A stretch of DNA of 51,683 nt, taken from assembly GCA_036559785.1 (NCBI GenBank), contig DATBSM010000029.1, positions 1 through 51,683 on the forward strand, given 5' to 3'. Positions 39,732 to 48,935 of this stretch are shown piece by piece. A program made the position numbers and the translations under genes. The notes beneath the pieces are model-generated. The model made no database searches. It was not told the origin of the DNA and worked only from the letters and a program-made list of their open reading frames with translations. The stretch comes from Gemmatimonadales bacterium (GTDB taxonomy: Bacteria > Gemmatimonadota > Gemmatimonadetes > Gemmatimonadales > GWC2-71-9). Numbering within the stretch: the stretch's first letter is position 1; each line of letters starts with the position of its first letter.

Positions 39732-40076
39732 TTGCGGCACAGGATCTTCGTGGGCTATGTGGCTCTGATGGTACTGGCGTTCCTCGCCCCGGTGCCTTCA
39801 ACTCCTCTTGCAGAGTCAACTTACGTCGACAAGCTGGTCCATTTCGGAATTTTTCTGGGCTTCGCGCTGTTCCTCCATGCGGATCGCGCCCCGAAGGCAT
39901 GGCGGACACTCCTCCTCTCATTCGCGTTCGCGGGGGCGATCGAGCTGGTGCAATCGTTCCTGTCCTATCGGCATGGCGATTGGGGGGACTTTGTGGCCGG
40001 TGCCGCGGGCGCCACAGCGGGCACCCTTCTGATATTCATAAATGAGCGCCGCGCCCCCCAACCCGCCGGGGGCTGA
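39732..40076 (+). CDS. VanZ-like family membrane protein
   Basis: 114 aa. DKLVHFGIFLGFALF ... GAIELVQSFLSYRHGDWGDFVAGAAGATAG matches the VanZ-like pattern. TTG start. The 3' end overlaps the aroA 3' end convergently by 41 nt. Confidence 0.7.
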   Translation: MRHRIFVGYVALMVLAFLAPVPSTPLAESTYVDKLVHFGIFLGFALFLHADRAPKAWRTLLLSFAFAGAIELVQSFLSYRHGDWGDFVAGAAGATAGTLLIFINERRAPQPAGG

Positions 40077-41325
40077 TCGCTTTCAACGTGTCTCGAAATC
40101 CGGGAAAGCTTACCGCCGCACACGCCATGTCATCTATCGTGATTCGCGCTCCAGGCACCAAACCGAGTACAGCGAAGGCCATGGCGAGCCGGTGATCGCC
40201 GGCGGTGCGCACCTTCCCACGGGGGACCCGATCGGTTCCCTCCACCACCAAATCGTCGCCCACCACCTCGGCCTCGGCACCGACCGCTCGCAGATTCTCC
40301 GCGATCAGCCCCAGCCGGTCGCTTTCCTTGACCCGGAGTTCACCGACCTGCCGGAAGGTGGTGGTGCCCGAGGACCGGGAGGCGAGCACCGCGAGGAGGG
40401 GGATCTCGTCGATGAGCCCAGGGATTTCCTCCGCGGCTACCTCGGTGCCACGGAGCGATGCCGGCCTGACGACCAGGTCGCCCACCGGCTCTCCAAACCT
40501 GTCGGCGCGGTTCTCCAGCTGAATAGCGGCTCCCATCCGGCCGAGCACGTCCAGGAATCCTGTCCGGGTCGGGTTCACCCCCACCGCCGAGATCAGGAGC
40601 TCACCCCCCTCCGCCAGGGTGGCGGCACCCACGAGAAATGCGGCTGACGACGGGTCGCCCGGTACCTGGATATCGAACGGCTCCAGGTGTCCTCCGGGCG
40701 CGAAGTGGATCCAGCCATCTTCCTCGGTCACGCCATACCCGAACGCGCGCAACAACCGCTCGGTGTGGTCACGAGAGCGGCCATGGGGCTCTCGAAGCGC
40801 GACGTCCACTGCTCCCGCCATGCCGGCGAACAGTATCGCGCTCTTAATCTGGGCACTGGACACGGGCATCTCGTATCGGAGCGGCCGCAGGTGCCCTCCT
40901 CTCACACTGAGAGGTAAACCGTCACCGTTCTGTTCGGTGAAGCGGGCTCCCATCGACGCCAGCGGAACCGTGACCCGGCGCATCGGCCGGCGACGCAGCG
41001 ACCGATCGCCTGTCAGCGTGGCCGAGAACCGGTGTGCGGACAGGAGGCCCAGCAGGAGACGCGTCGTCGTGCCGGAGTTCCCGCAGAAGAGCGGACCGTC
41101 AGGGCGGCGGAACTTCCCCCTGCCCAGCACCGTCACCGGCACCCCAGGCCTGAGGGGCGACAGCTCAGCCCCGAGCTGTCGCAGCACTCGGGCGGTCGAG
41201 CGGGCGTCGAGCGAGGTGAGTGCTCCGCCGATGTGACTCGTGCCCCGAGTGAGGGCGCCAAGGAGGAGCACGCGGTGGGTGATGCTCTTGTCTCCGGGCA
41301 CGCGAACACTGCCGGCGACCTTCAC
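40036..41325 (-). CDS. aroA: 3-phosphoshikimate 1-carboxyvinyltransferase (EPSP synthase)
   Basis: VRVPGDKSITHRVLLLGAL, FCGNSGTTTRLLLG, VKESDRL, DHRLAMAFAVLGL. The GTG at 41325 overlaps the tyrA stop (GTGA). Confidence 0.95.
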   Translation of the reverse strand: MKVAGSVRVPGDKSITHRVLLLGALTRGTSHIGGALTSLDARSTARVLRQLGAELSPLRPGVPVTVLGRGKFRRPDGPLFCGNSGTTTRLLLGLLSAHRFSATLTGDRSLRRRPMRRVTVPLASMGARFTEQNGDGLPLSVRGGHLRPLRYEMPVSSAQIKSAILFAGMAGAVDVALREPHGRSRDHTERLLRAFGYGVTEEDGWIHFAPGGHLEPFDIQVPGDPSSAAFLVGAATLAEGGELLISAVGVNPTRTGFLDVLGRMGAAIQLENRADRFGEPVGDLVVRPASLRGTEVAAEEIPGLIDEIPLLAVLASRSSGTTTFRQVGELRVKESDRLGLIAENLRAVGAEAEVVGDDLVVEGTDRVPRGKVRTAGDHRLAMAFAVLGLVPGARITIDDMACAAVSFPGFRDTLKAISPRRVGGRGAHL

Positions 41326-42170
41326 CGTTCGATTCCCTTGCGAAAGACCTGCGCCGCGGCCAGGTAGGATCGGAGTCCGGCCTTGTCGCCGGTGGCAAGC
41401 AGACGCCGGAGCTCCGCGAGGTGAGCCTCGGTCCGCGCCAGCGCCTCGCCGACGGCGGGCTGATTGTAGAGAAGAATGTCCACCCACATGTCGGGGTCAC
41501 TGGCCGCCAGCCGCGTGGTATCTCTGGCTCCGCTTCCGTACGACACACCCCCAAGCCCGTAGTCGGCCAGGCTCCGCGCCAGCGCGTAGGCCACGGCCTG
41601 AGGCAGATGACTGGTCCAGGCGAGCTGGCGATCGTGGTTCTCGGCGCTGATAAGAACCGGGGAAGCCTCCATGGTGTCCTGCCAGAAGCTTGCGACGCTG
41701 CCGGATGCCCGATGCCCGCCGGCCGTACCACTCTCGCAGATGTAGACCACGCAACCGCGTAGCCGGTCGGGGCGGGCGGACAGGAACCCTGACTCATGGG
41801 TGCCTGCCAACGGATGCCCTCCGGCAAAGCGGTCTCCCAATCCGGCCGTCACCGCCTGCTGGACCACCGGAACCTTGACACTGCACACATCGGTGAGGAT
41901 GGCCTCGGGCTCGAGGGCGGAGGCGAGCTGAACGATCAGATCGAGCGTCGCCCGCGGCGGCACCGCAAGCACGATCAAGTCCGCGCCACGCACCGCGCTG
42001 GCCGGCGTGTCCGCCAGTTCGGTGATGGCCGAGGCCTTGAGTGCCTGGATGCCCTCGGATCGCTCGGGCGAATAGCCCACCACCCGCCGGACGCCCGCCA
42101 GGCGAGCCTGCCAGGCCAGCGAGCCGCCGATGGCGCCGAGGCCGATCACCACGAGAGAAGTTGGGCGCAC
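41322..42170 (-). CDS. tyrA: prephenate dehydrogenase
   Basis: 282 aa. Rossmann motif LVVIGLGAIGGSLAW, GGHPLAGTHESGF, and a position upstream of aroA. Confidence 0.9.
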   Translation of the reverse strand: MRPTSLVVIGLGAIGGSLAWQARLAGVRRVVGYSPERSEGIQALKASAITELADTPASAVRGADLIVLAVPPRATLDLIVQLASALEPEAILTDVCSVKVPVVQQAVTAGLGDRFAGGHPLAGTHESGFLSARPDRLRGCVVYICESGTAGGHRASGSVASFWQDTMEASPVLISAENHDRQLAWTSHLPQAVAYALARSLADYGLGGVSYGSGARDTTRLAASDPDMWVDILLYNQPAVGEALARTEAHLAELRRLLATGDKAGLRSYLAAAQVFRKGIER

Positions 42171-42254
42171 CTACTCAAGCCTCAAGAGACTGCCCACGTT
42201 GCCCGGGGGCTGCAAAGAGAGTACTGATATGGCACCCGGATGGGAGCGGCGTAC

Positions 42255-42632
42255 ATGGCAAGAATCCTGATCGTGGAAGATAGTCCGGATAATATGAAGC
42301 TGTTCCGAACCATCCTCACGCTCAAGGGCCACGAGGTGACTGGTCTCCCTGGAGGCGACGGCCTGCTCGACGCCATCGAGAAGGGATCGCCCGATCTGGT
42401 GTTGATGGACATCCAGCTTCCGGGCAAGGACGGCTTCGCGCTGCTGCAGGAGATCAGGACATCGCCCGGACCTCACGTACGGGTGATCGCGCTGACCGCC
42501 CACGCCATGACGGGCGACCGCGAGCGAGCATTAGATGCGGGTTTCGACGGCTACATCACCAAGCCGATCGATATTCGAAACTTCCCTGAGCAGGTACAGC
42601 AGGCGTTACGAGGCGAGCAGCCCGACCGATAG
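42255..42632 (+). CDS. stand-alone response regulator receiver domain (CheY-like)
   Basis: MARILIVEDSPDNMKL, phospho-acceptor context LVLMDIQLPGKDG, ALTAHAM, ITKPID. No output domain. Confidence 0.9.
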   Translation: MARILIVEDSPDNMKLFRTILTLKGHEVTGLPGGDGLLDAIEKGSPDLVLMDIQLPGKDGFALLQEIRTSPGPHVRVIALTAHAMTGDRERALDAGFDGYITKPIDIRNFPEQVQQALRGEQPDR

Positions 42633-42661
42633 ACCTCCCTGGCCCTCAAGGGGTTGCGGAC

Positions 42662-44752
42662 TCACGCCGACCGCCGCAGCAGCACCAGGGAGTGAGGAGC
42701 GAGGTTGATCCGGTTCGTCCCGGCTGGAACCTGGGAACCTGAGGTATCCACCACCTCGGTCCAGATCCCCGGACGGTCCAGATTCGGCAGCGTGAACGGC
42801 TTGGACCGTCCTCCGCCGTTCAGCAGCAGCAGGATCTCCTCCTCCTTACTCTGATCGCCCCCACGCTCGATCCCCCCTGGAGCGCCGCCGCGAATCAGCA
42901 TGCCCAGCACGTGGCTGCCGTTATCCTGCCAGTCGGCCTCGGTCAGCGCCTGGCCGTCGGGTCTGAGCCAGGTGAGATCATCCCCCGGGTGAAAGAACGT
43001 ACGGCGGCGCAGCAGCGGACTCGCCGCCCGGATGGCAAAGACCTTCCGGGCGAATTTCAGAAGCTCCTGATTTTCCTGGGAGAGCCGCCAGTCGATCCAG
43101 CTGAGCGGACTGTCCTGGCAGTACGCGTTGTTGTTTCCCCGCTGGGTTCGGCCCAGCTCGTCGCCGTGTGAGATCATCGGAACGCCTTGGGAGAGCGCCA
43201 GCGTGGCGAGGAAGCTTCGCTTGACCCGGTCCCGAAGGTGCACGGTGCGGGCAACGTCCGTGGGGCCCTCTACGCCCCAGTTGCGGCTGAGATTGTGGTT
43301 GCTGCCGTCACGATTCTCCTCGCCGTTCGCCTCGTTGTACTTCCTCTCATAGCTGACCAGGTCCTGCAGGGTGAATCCATCGTGACAGGTGACGAAGTTG
43401 ATGCTGGCCTGCGGTGCGCGTTGGCTGGCGTCATAGAGATCGCTGCTGCCGGCGAGCCGGGATGCGAGGCTGCCGACCTGCCCCGGGTCGCCCCGCCAGA
43501 AGTGGCGAACGGTATCGCGATACTTGCCATTCCACTCACTCCAGTCGGCCGGAAACCGGCCGACCTGGTAGCCATCCGGGCCCAGGTCCCAGGGCTCGGC
43601 GATGAGCTTTACCCCTGCAAGGACCGGATCCTGCCGGAGCTGCGAAAAGAACTCACTCCCGGAGCTGAATCCATCGTCCCCGCGGCCGAGGACTGGCGCG
43701 ATATCGAAACGGAACCCGTCCACGTGCATGTCCCCCACCCAATACCGCAGGCTGTCCAGCACCAGCTCGAGGGTTTGGGTCTTCCGCAGATCCACGGTGT
43801 TGCCGCAGCCGGTGTAGTCGGTGTAGAGACGGGGATTTTCGGGATGAGGCCAGTAGTACGTCGCGTTGTCGATCCCGCGGAACGAGAGCGTGGGGCCGAG
43901 GTGACTGCCTTCGCCGGTATGGTTGTACACCACGTCGAGAAGAACCTCGATGCCCTCCTGGTGAAACTGCTTGACCATGGTCTTGAATTCGGTGACCTGG
44001 CTACCCGGCATACCACCGCTCCTGGCGTAGCGGCTATCGGGCGCGAAGAATCCGATGGAGTTGTATCCCCAGTAGTTGGTGAGCCCCTGCTCACTCAATC
44101 GCCGCTCGGCCGCAATGTGGTGGACGGGCAGCAACTCGATGGCGGTGACGCCAAGGCTCTTGAGGTGGCCGATGATCGGGGGGGTGGCGAGTCCCAGGTA
44201 GGTACCCCGCAGATGCTCCGGGACGTCCGGATGAAGTTTGGTCATGCCCTTGACGTGGGCTTCGTAAATCACCGTCCTGTCCCATGCCGTCCGGGGTGGA
44301 GCATCATCGCCCCAGTCAAACGCCGTGTCGATGACCAGACTCTTCGGCATGGCCCCGGCGCTGTCTTGGGGATCAGGGGTCAGATCGCGATTGGGATCGG
44401 CGCTGCGTAGCGGATATCCGGACAGCAGGTCGCTCCACTCCATCGTCCCGCTGATGGCCCGGGCGTAAGGATCGAGCAGAAGCTTGGAGGGGTTGAAGCG
44501 GTGACCCTGGTCGGGGGAATAGGGGCCGTGCATCCGGTATCCGAAGGCCTGGCCCGGACGGACATCCGGTAGGTATCCGTGCCAGACATCCCCGGTTCGC
44601 TGAAGCTCGAGGCGGCCGGATTCGGTCGCGTCCTTTGGGTGCGCAAAGAGGCAGAGCTCTACCCGGGTGGCATGCCGGGAGAAGACCGCGAAGTTGGTTC
44701 CCTGTCCGTCCCAGGTGGCGCCGAGCGGAGCCGGTGATCCGATGGGTGGCAA
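42662..44752 (-). CDS. glgX: glycogen debranching enzyme (GH13, GlgX-type)
   Basis: 696 aa. PLGATWDGQGTNFAVFS, VLLDVVYNHT, GFRFDIAP, LIAEPWD, FVTCHDGFTL. TTG start. Confidence 0.95.
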   Translation of the reverse strand: MPPIGSPAPLGATWDGQGTNFAVFSRHATRVELCLFAHPKDATESGRLELQRTGDVWHGYLPDVRPGQAFGYRMHGPYSPDQGHRFNPSKLLLDPYARAISGTMEWSDLLSGYPLRSADPNRDLTPDPQDSAGAMPKSLVIDTAFDWGDDAPPRTAWDRTVIYEAHVKGMTKLHPDVPEHLRGTYLGLATPPIIGHLKSLGVTAIELLPVHHIAAERRLSEQGLTNYWGYNSIGFFAPDSRYARSGGMPGSQVTEFKTMVKQFHQEGIEVLLDVVYNHTGEGSHLGPTLSFRGIDNATYYWPHPENPRLYTDYTGCGNTVDLRKTQTLELVLDSLRYWVGDMHVDGFRFDIAPVLGRGDDGFSSGSEFFSQLRQDPVLAGVKLIAEPWDLGPDGYQVGRFPADWSEWNGKYRDTVRHFWRGDPGQVGSLASRLAGSSDLYDASQRAPQASINFVTCHDGFTLQDLVSYERKYNEANGEENRDGSNHNLSRNWGVEGPTDVARTVHLRDRVKRSFLATLALSQGVPMISHGDELGRTQRGNNNAYCQDSPLSWIDWRLSQENQELLKFARKVFAIRAASPLLRRRTFFHPGDDLTWLRPDGQALTEADWQDNGSHVLGMLIRGGAPGGIERGGDQSKEEEILLLLNGGGRSKPFTLPNLDRPGIWTEVVDTSGSQVPAGTNRINLAPHSLVLLRRSA

Positions 44753-44766
44753 GCTGTTTCTTTGCC

Positions 44767-44979
44767 CTAGGATTGAGGGCGGCTCACGCGCGCAGCGCGT
44801 ATTCGGTTGAGGCCGCGGATCACTACGACGAGGTTGATGACGGTCCAGACCACGGTGAAGACGATCTTCGTGCTATCCGACGCTCGCTCGATCCGGGCGC
44901 CGAAAAACACCGCGACGAAGACGGCGTCCACTGCCAGCACCAGCCCGACCAGCACCAGAGCCTCTCGCTTGCCGGTCAC
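44767..44979 (-). CDS. hypothetical small two-helix membrane protein
   Basis: 70 aa with two hydrophobic helices (ALVLVGLVLAVDAVFVAVFF, IVFTVVWTVINLVVVI). GTG start preceded by AGGGAA. No family recognised. Confidence 0.45.
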   Translation of the reverse strand: MTGKREALVLVGLVLAVDAVFVAVFFGARIERASDSTKIVFTVVWTVINLVVVIRGLNRIRAARVSRPQS

Positions 44980-45001
44980 TTCCCTGCCCCGGGGTAGAGA
45001 C

Positions 45002-45439
45002 TCAACGCTGAATCAGGATCACGCCGGCAATGACCAGCGCGGCGCCCAGGAGCCGCACCAGCGTCAGCGAGTGGACTGGGAACCCGGCGAGGCCGTACTG
45101 GTCGAGCACGAGCGAGCTCAGCATCTGGCCCGCCACCACCGCCGCGATGAGCGTGGCCGCGCCGAGCCTCGGGGCCAGCACGATGGCAGCCAGCACGTAG
45201 GCAGCGCCGATGAGTCCGCCGCTCCACTGCCATAGACTGGTGGCGGCCCACGCGCGTCCCAACGTCACCGGTGCGCGCATGAGAAGCGCGATCGTTGCCA
45301 ATCCGGCGGTACCGACCAGGAAGGAGACCAGTGCCGCGGCCACGGGCGAACCCAGCGCGGACCGCAGTTGAGCATTGAGCCCCGCCTGCACCGGAAGGAG
45401 GGCGCCGGCCGCCAGTGCCAGCAGGAGGAAGAGGATCAT
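45002..45439 (-). CDS. DMT-superfamily membrane protein, DUF606 / YdcZ-like
   Basis: 145 aa. LLALAAGALLPVQAGLNAQLRSALGSP with five TM segments. The start overlaps the DinB-family gene stop by 4 nt. Confidence 0.8.
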   Translation of the reverse strand: MILFLLLALAAGALLPVQAGLNAQLRSALGSPVAAALVSFLVGTAGLATIALLMRAPVTLGRAWAATSLWQWSGGLIGAAYVLAAIVLAPRLGAATLIAAVVAGQMLSSLVLDQYGLAGFPVHSLTLVRLLGAALVIAGVILIQR

Positions 45440-45942
45440 CGCACCGAGCTCAGCTCCGAAGGCTTGACGGCGTCCACCGCGAGCGCGGCGCCGGTCACCA
45501 CCCGGCGATGGTAGTCGATCTGACCCAGGTGATAGGCGAAGTGCGTCGTCAGGTGAACCAGATAATCGCCGGTGGTCACCCTCGAGCCGGCGATTGTCTC
45601 GGGATACTCAGCCGCGAGGTCGGGCTCAGTTGGGCGGGAGAGCGCCGCCTTCACCCCGGCGCGCGCGGCTTCGATCTGGCTCAGCAGCTCCGAGCGCGGC
45701 ACATCCCGGCGCGCGAACTCCGCAGCACGGTCTCTCACGTATCCGGTCTGCCCCAGGTGGGCTCCGATATAGTGTTGCAGGTTCCCCGCCAGGTGCAGAG
45801 CCAGGGTCCCAGCCACATTGGAGATGCCCGGCACCTCCTGCCACAGTCCGCGCTCGTCGGGGTAGGCCTCGACTTCCCGGCGAAGGGTACGCAAGTCGCG
45901 GTCGAGAATGGTGGCAACCGATCGCAGCAGAGAGAAGCTCAA
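45436..45942 (-). CDS. DinB-family (four-helix bundle, metal-binding His triad) protein
   Basis: 168 aa. ILDRDLRTLRREVEAYPDE, GTLALHLAGNLQHYIG, HLTTHFAYHLGQIDYHRR. Confidence 0.85.
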   Translation of the reverse strand: MSFSLLRSVATILDRDLRTLRREVEAYPDERGLWQEVPGISNVAGTLALHLAGNLQHYIGAHLGQTGYVRDRAAEFARRDVPRSELLSQIEAARAGVKAALSRPTEPDLAAEYPETIAGSRVTTGDYLVHLTTHFAYHLGQIDYHRRVVTGAALAVDAVKPSELSSVR

Positions 45943-46445
45943 TGGGCCGCTTCGTGGCTGGTCGAGCGATGATCCTGCCGCTGAAAAGCCAGGAACTCGT
46001 GGATCGCGGCGATGGCGGAAGAATCTGAGGTCCTGAGGCGCACCTGCCCGCCGCCCGCGAGCGTGTCGGCAACGTAGCGGATCTCAGACCGCCGGGCCGC
46101 CATCACCGCAGTTCCGGGAACCTCCCGGGCGTGGACCAGCCCGGGCAGCGCGAAGTTGCCATCCGTGAATGCGACCGCGATCCTTTGCATATGGGATCTG
46201 ATCTGGGCCACGCCTGCGCTGTCACCGGGATCGCGTTGAAGACTGATGCGGCCGCCGTCGGGCAACGACTCGAATTGGTGGAAGGAGGTGTATTGATCCA
46301 CGCCCATGGCCACCTGGCCGCGAGCCTGGACCAAGGCAAAGGCGCTGTCGGTGGAATCGCGAGCCGGTCCCTGCGCCGAGCTACTCCGCGCGGGACGATC
46401 TAGGCAGGCAGGCAGGACCAGAAGCAGCAGAAAGGCGAGACGCAT
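45939..46445 (-). CDS. hypothetical lipoprotein
   Basis: 168 aa. Signal peptide with a lipobox-like LLLLVLPAC, then a His-rich C-terminus (HEFLAFQRQDHRSTSHEAAH). Overlaps the downstream DinB gene by 4 nt. Confidence 0.6.
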   Translation of the reverse strand: MRLAFLLLLVLPACLDRPARSSSAQGPARDSTDSAFALVQARGQVAMGVDQYTSFHQFESLPDGGRISLQRDPGDSAGVAQIRSHMQRIAVAFTDGNFALPGLVHAREVPGTAVMAARRSEIRYVADTLAGGGQVRLRTSDSSAIAAIHEFLAFQRQDHRSTSHEAAH

Positions 46446-46456
46446 TCGGCGACCCG

Positions 46457-46936
46457 TCAGTCTTCCAGCTCGATCTTGGACATCTCCCGCTCGTGCGCCC
46501 CCTGGCGCAGCCGGCGGAAGACCGACTCGAGGAGCTCGACTCCCAGGAGCAGGGCCACGGTAACGAGGGTGAGCACGATGGCGCCGGTGAGGTGACCGAG
46601 TCCGATCATGGCACCCAGCGAGGCCAGCACCCAGATCACGGCCGCCGAGGTGACTCCTACGATCGCGCCCTCGCGGGCCAGGATTACTCCCCCGCCAAGA
46701 AATCCGATTCCGGTGACCACCTGGGCCAACACCCGGGTCGGGTCAACCCGGGCGCCTTCGAAGGATGCTCCCAGCGCGACGAACAGCGCGGTACCCATGC
46801 AGATGAGAATACTGGTGCGGATGCCAGCGGCCTTCCCCCTGAGCTGGCGCTCGAGACCGATGATCCCGCCGCACAGGATCGCCGTGCCAAGACGGAGCCA
46901 GAACGCAGGGGAGTTGGGGTCGAGCGCATCGTACAC
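46457..46936 (-). CDS. mgtC: MgtC/SapB-family membrane protein
   Basis: 159 aa. LRLGTAILCGGIIGLERQLRGKAAGIRTSILICMGTALF. GTG start. Confidence 0.88.
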   Translation of the reverse strand: MYDALDPNSPAFWLRLGTAILCGGIIGLERQLRGKAAGIRTSILICMGTALFVALGASFEGARVDPTRVLAQVVTGIGFLGGGVILAREGAIVGVTSAAVIWVLASLGAMIGLGHLTGAIVLTLVTVALLLGVELLESVFRRLRQGAHEREMSKIELED

Positions 46937-46967
46937 CGGGGCGACCTCTGGTGGCTGGGTTCCGTCC

Positions 46968-47237
46968 TTACTTCCGCTGGCGCTGCAGCAGCGGTGCCTT
47001 GGCTCCGAAGACCTGCTCGTCCACCCATCGAAGCAGCGCGTCGTCCAGCTCCACGAGCTCCTGCCCGGGAACGTGCGGGAGCACCGGCCGGCGCTTGCCC
47101 TCGTTCATCAGGTACCACATTGGGGGTACCGCTTCGACACCCCGGCGCTCGTTCGCAATCTGGGCGTCGTAAGAGACGAAGTGAAATTCCCGACCCCGAT
47201 GGCTGAGGCGGCGCTGCTCGACTTTATGGGTGCTCAC
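46968..47237 (-). CDS. hypothetical small protein (paralog of the upstream 84-aa ORF)
   Basis: About 89 aa from the GTG at 47237 (the ORF is open from the GTG at 47303). FHFVSY...MWYLMNEGKRRPVLPHVPGQELVELDDALLRWVDEQ aligns without gaps to the neighbour at W, G, P, LRW and E. Confidence 0.5.
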   Translation of the reverse strand: MSTHKVEQRRLSHRGREFHFVSYDAQIANERRGVEAVPPMWYLMNEGKRRPVLPHVPGQELVELDDALLRWVDEQVFGAKAPLLQRQRK

Positions 47238-47303
47238 GGAAGACTCGCTTGGTATGATATGTAGGCACGGACCACGACCCGCTGGCCCGTAATCTAATCG
47301 CAC

Positions 47304-47558
47304 TCACCCCCCGCCGAGCACGATCTGATCGCGATCGAGCATCTCGGGATGCTCCCGCAGCCAGCGGAGCACCCGCTCTCGCACCTGCCCTTCCGTGTCT
47401 GTTGCGGCGCCCGGGAACTTGGTCAGAGCCGTCCCGGCAATGGTCACGTGCCACTGGGGAGCCTGGTCGCTGCCAAGCACCTCGCCGGACATGGTTTGGC
47501 CTTCGCTCAGAGAGGCCGTAACCTGCTTCCCCTTATAACTGACGGTTACCTGATCCAT
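47304..47558 (-). CDS. hypothetical small protein
   Basis: 84 aa. The ATG is preceded by GAGGA, 13 nt after the helicase stop. VTVSYKGKQV...QWHVTIAGTALTKFPGAATDTEGQVRERVLRWLREH. No family recognised. Confidence 0.55.
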   Translation of the reverse strand: MDQVTVSYKGKQVTASLSEGQTMSGEVLGSDQAPQWHVTIAGTALTKFPGAATDTEGQVRERVLRWLREHPEMLDRDQIVLGGG

Positions 47559-47571
47559 GGTTCCTCGATCC

Positions 47572-48900
47572 TCAACGCGGGGAGCCCCCGTTCCTCGGCC
47601 GGCCCGGCCCGCCCCGCTGGCCGGGCCGGGCGGAGGGCGAGCGCTCAGGCGGCCGGCTCCCTAGGTCGGCCCGGCGCGCCGCTTTCGCCTTCGACCGGGC
47701 TCTGTCCTCCGCCTTCTTTGCCCGGATCGCGGCGATTCGTTCCGCCAGCGGCACCTCGAACCGGGCTGCCGGCTTGGCCGTGTAATCGAAGTCCGGAACG
47801 GTGATCCGCGGGAGGCGCCTTCCTACCACCCGCTCGATGCCGCGCAGCTCGCTCTCCTCGTCGGGGGACACCAGGGTAAAGGCGTCACCCGTCAGCTCTG
47901 CTCGCGCGGTCCGTCCCACCCGGTGAATGTAGTCCTCGGCCGCCTTCGGCACGTCGAAGTTCACCACGTGGCCAAGGGCCTCGACGTCGATTCCCCGGGC
48001 GGCGATATCGGTGGCCACCAGCACCCGGTACTTCCCGCTTTTGAACCCGGCCAGGGCTTCGGTACGCTGCGATTGAGAGCGATTTCCGTGGATCCGCTCC
48101 GCCTTGATGCCGTTGCGCGCCAAGTAGTCGGCCAGCCGGTTCGCCCGATGCTTGGTGCGGGTGAAGACCAGCGCCTCCTGCATCTCACCCCGCTGAAGCA
48201 GGGCGACGAGCAGCGCAGATTTGAGCTCCTGGGGCACCGGGTAGACCGCCTGAGTGATCCCCACCGCCGGCGCCGGCTTCCGGTCGAGCTGGATGGACTC
48301 GGGGTTCCGAAGCATCTCGCGGGTGAGCGTCAGGATTGGGGGCGGCATTGTGGCGCTGAAGAAAAGCGTCTGCCGCTTCTGGGGCAGGTGTCGCAGCACC
48401 CGCCGGATGTCGGGGAGGAACCCCATGTCCAGCATGCGGTCCGCCTCGTCCAGTACCAGGTGCTCGATCCCTGCCAGCTTGGCGTAGGGCATTCGGAAGT
48501 GGTCCAGCAGCCGACCCGGGGTGGCCACCATCACGTCCACCCCACTGCGGAAGGCATGCTCCTGCGGGCCCATCCCGACACCACCGAAGATGGCAGCGCC
48601 CGTGATCGGTGTGTGCACCGCTAGGTCGTTCAGATCTTCGAGGATTTGGGCCGCGAGCTCGCGCGTCGGCGTGAGCACGAGAGCGCGGGTGACGCCCCGG
48701 GGCCGGCTGACCAGCTTGTGCAGGATAGGCAGGAGAAACGCGGCGGTCTTGCCGCTCCCGGTCATCGCGCACGCGAGCACGTCCCGCCCCGCGAGAGCCG
48801 GAGGTATGGCCGCCTCCTGAATCGGGGTGGGCCGGATAAATCCGAGCTCCTTGATCCCTTTCAGGAGATCGGGATGAAGCTTCAAACCACTGAATGGCAC
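47572..48900 (-). CDS. DEAD-box ATP-dependent RNA helicase (RhlE-like) with an Arg/Gly/Pro-rich tail
   Basis: Q motif (GFIRPTPIQ), AMTGSGKTAAF, PTRELA, VLDEADRMLDMGF, SAT, ARGID, HRVGRTAR. GTG start. Confidence 0.96.
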   Translation of the reverse strand: MPFSGLKLHPDLLKGIKELGFIRPTPIQEAAIPPALAGRDVLACAMTGSGKTAAFLLPILHKLVSRPRGVTRALVLTPTRELAAQILEDLNDLAVHTPITGAAIFGGVGMGPQEHAFRSGVDVMVATPGRLLDHFRMPYAKLAGIEHLVLDEADRMLDMGFLPDIRRVLRHLPQKRQTLFFSATMPPPILTLTREMLRNPESIQLDRKPAPAVGITQAVYPVPQELKSALLVALLQRGEMQEALVFTRTKHRANRLADYLARNGIKAERIHGNRSQSQRTEALAGFKSGKYRVLVATDIAARGIDVEALGHVVNFDVPKAAEDYIHRVGRTARAELTGDAFTLVSPDEESELRGIERVVGRRLPRITVPDFDYTAKPAARFEVPLAERIAAIRAKKAEDRARSKAKAARRADLGSRPPERSPSARPGQRGGPGRPRNGGSPR

Positions 48901-48935
48901 TGGGCCCTCTTATTTCGTCCTGCGGGTGGCTGGCG

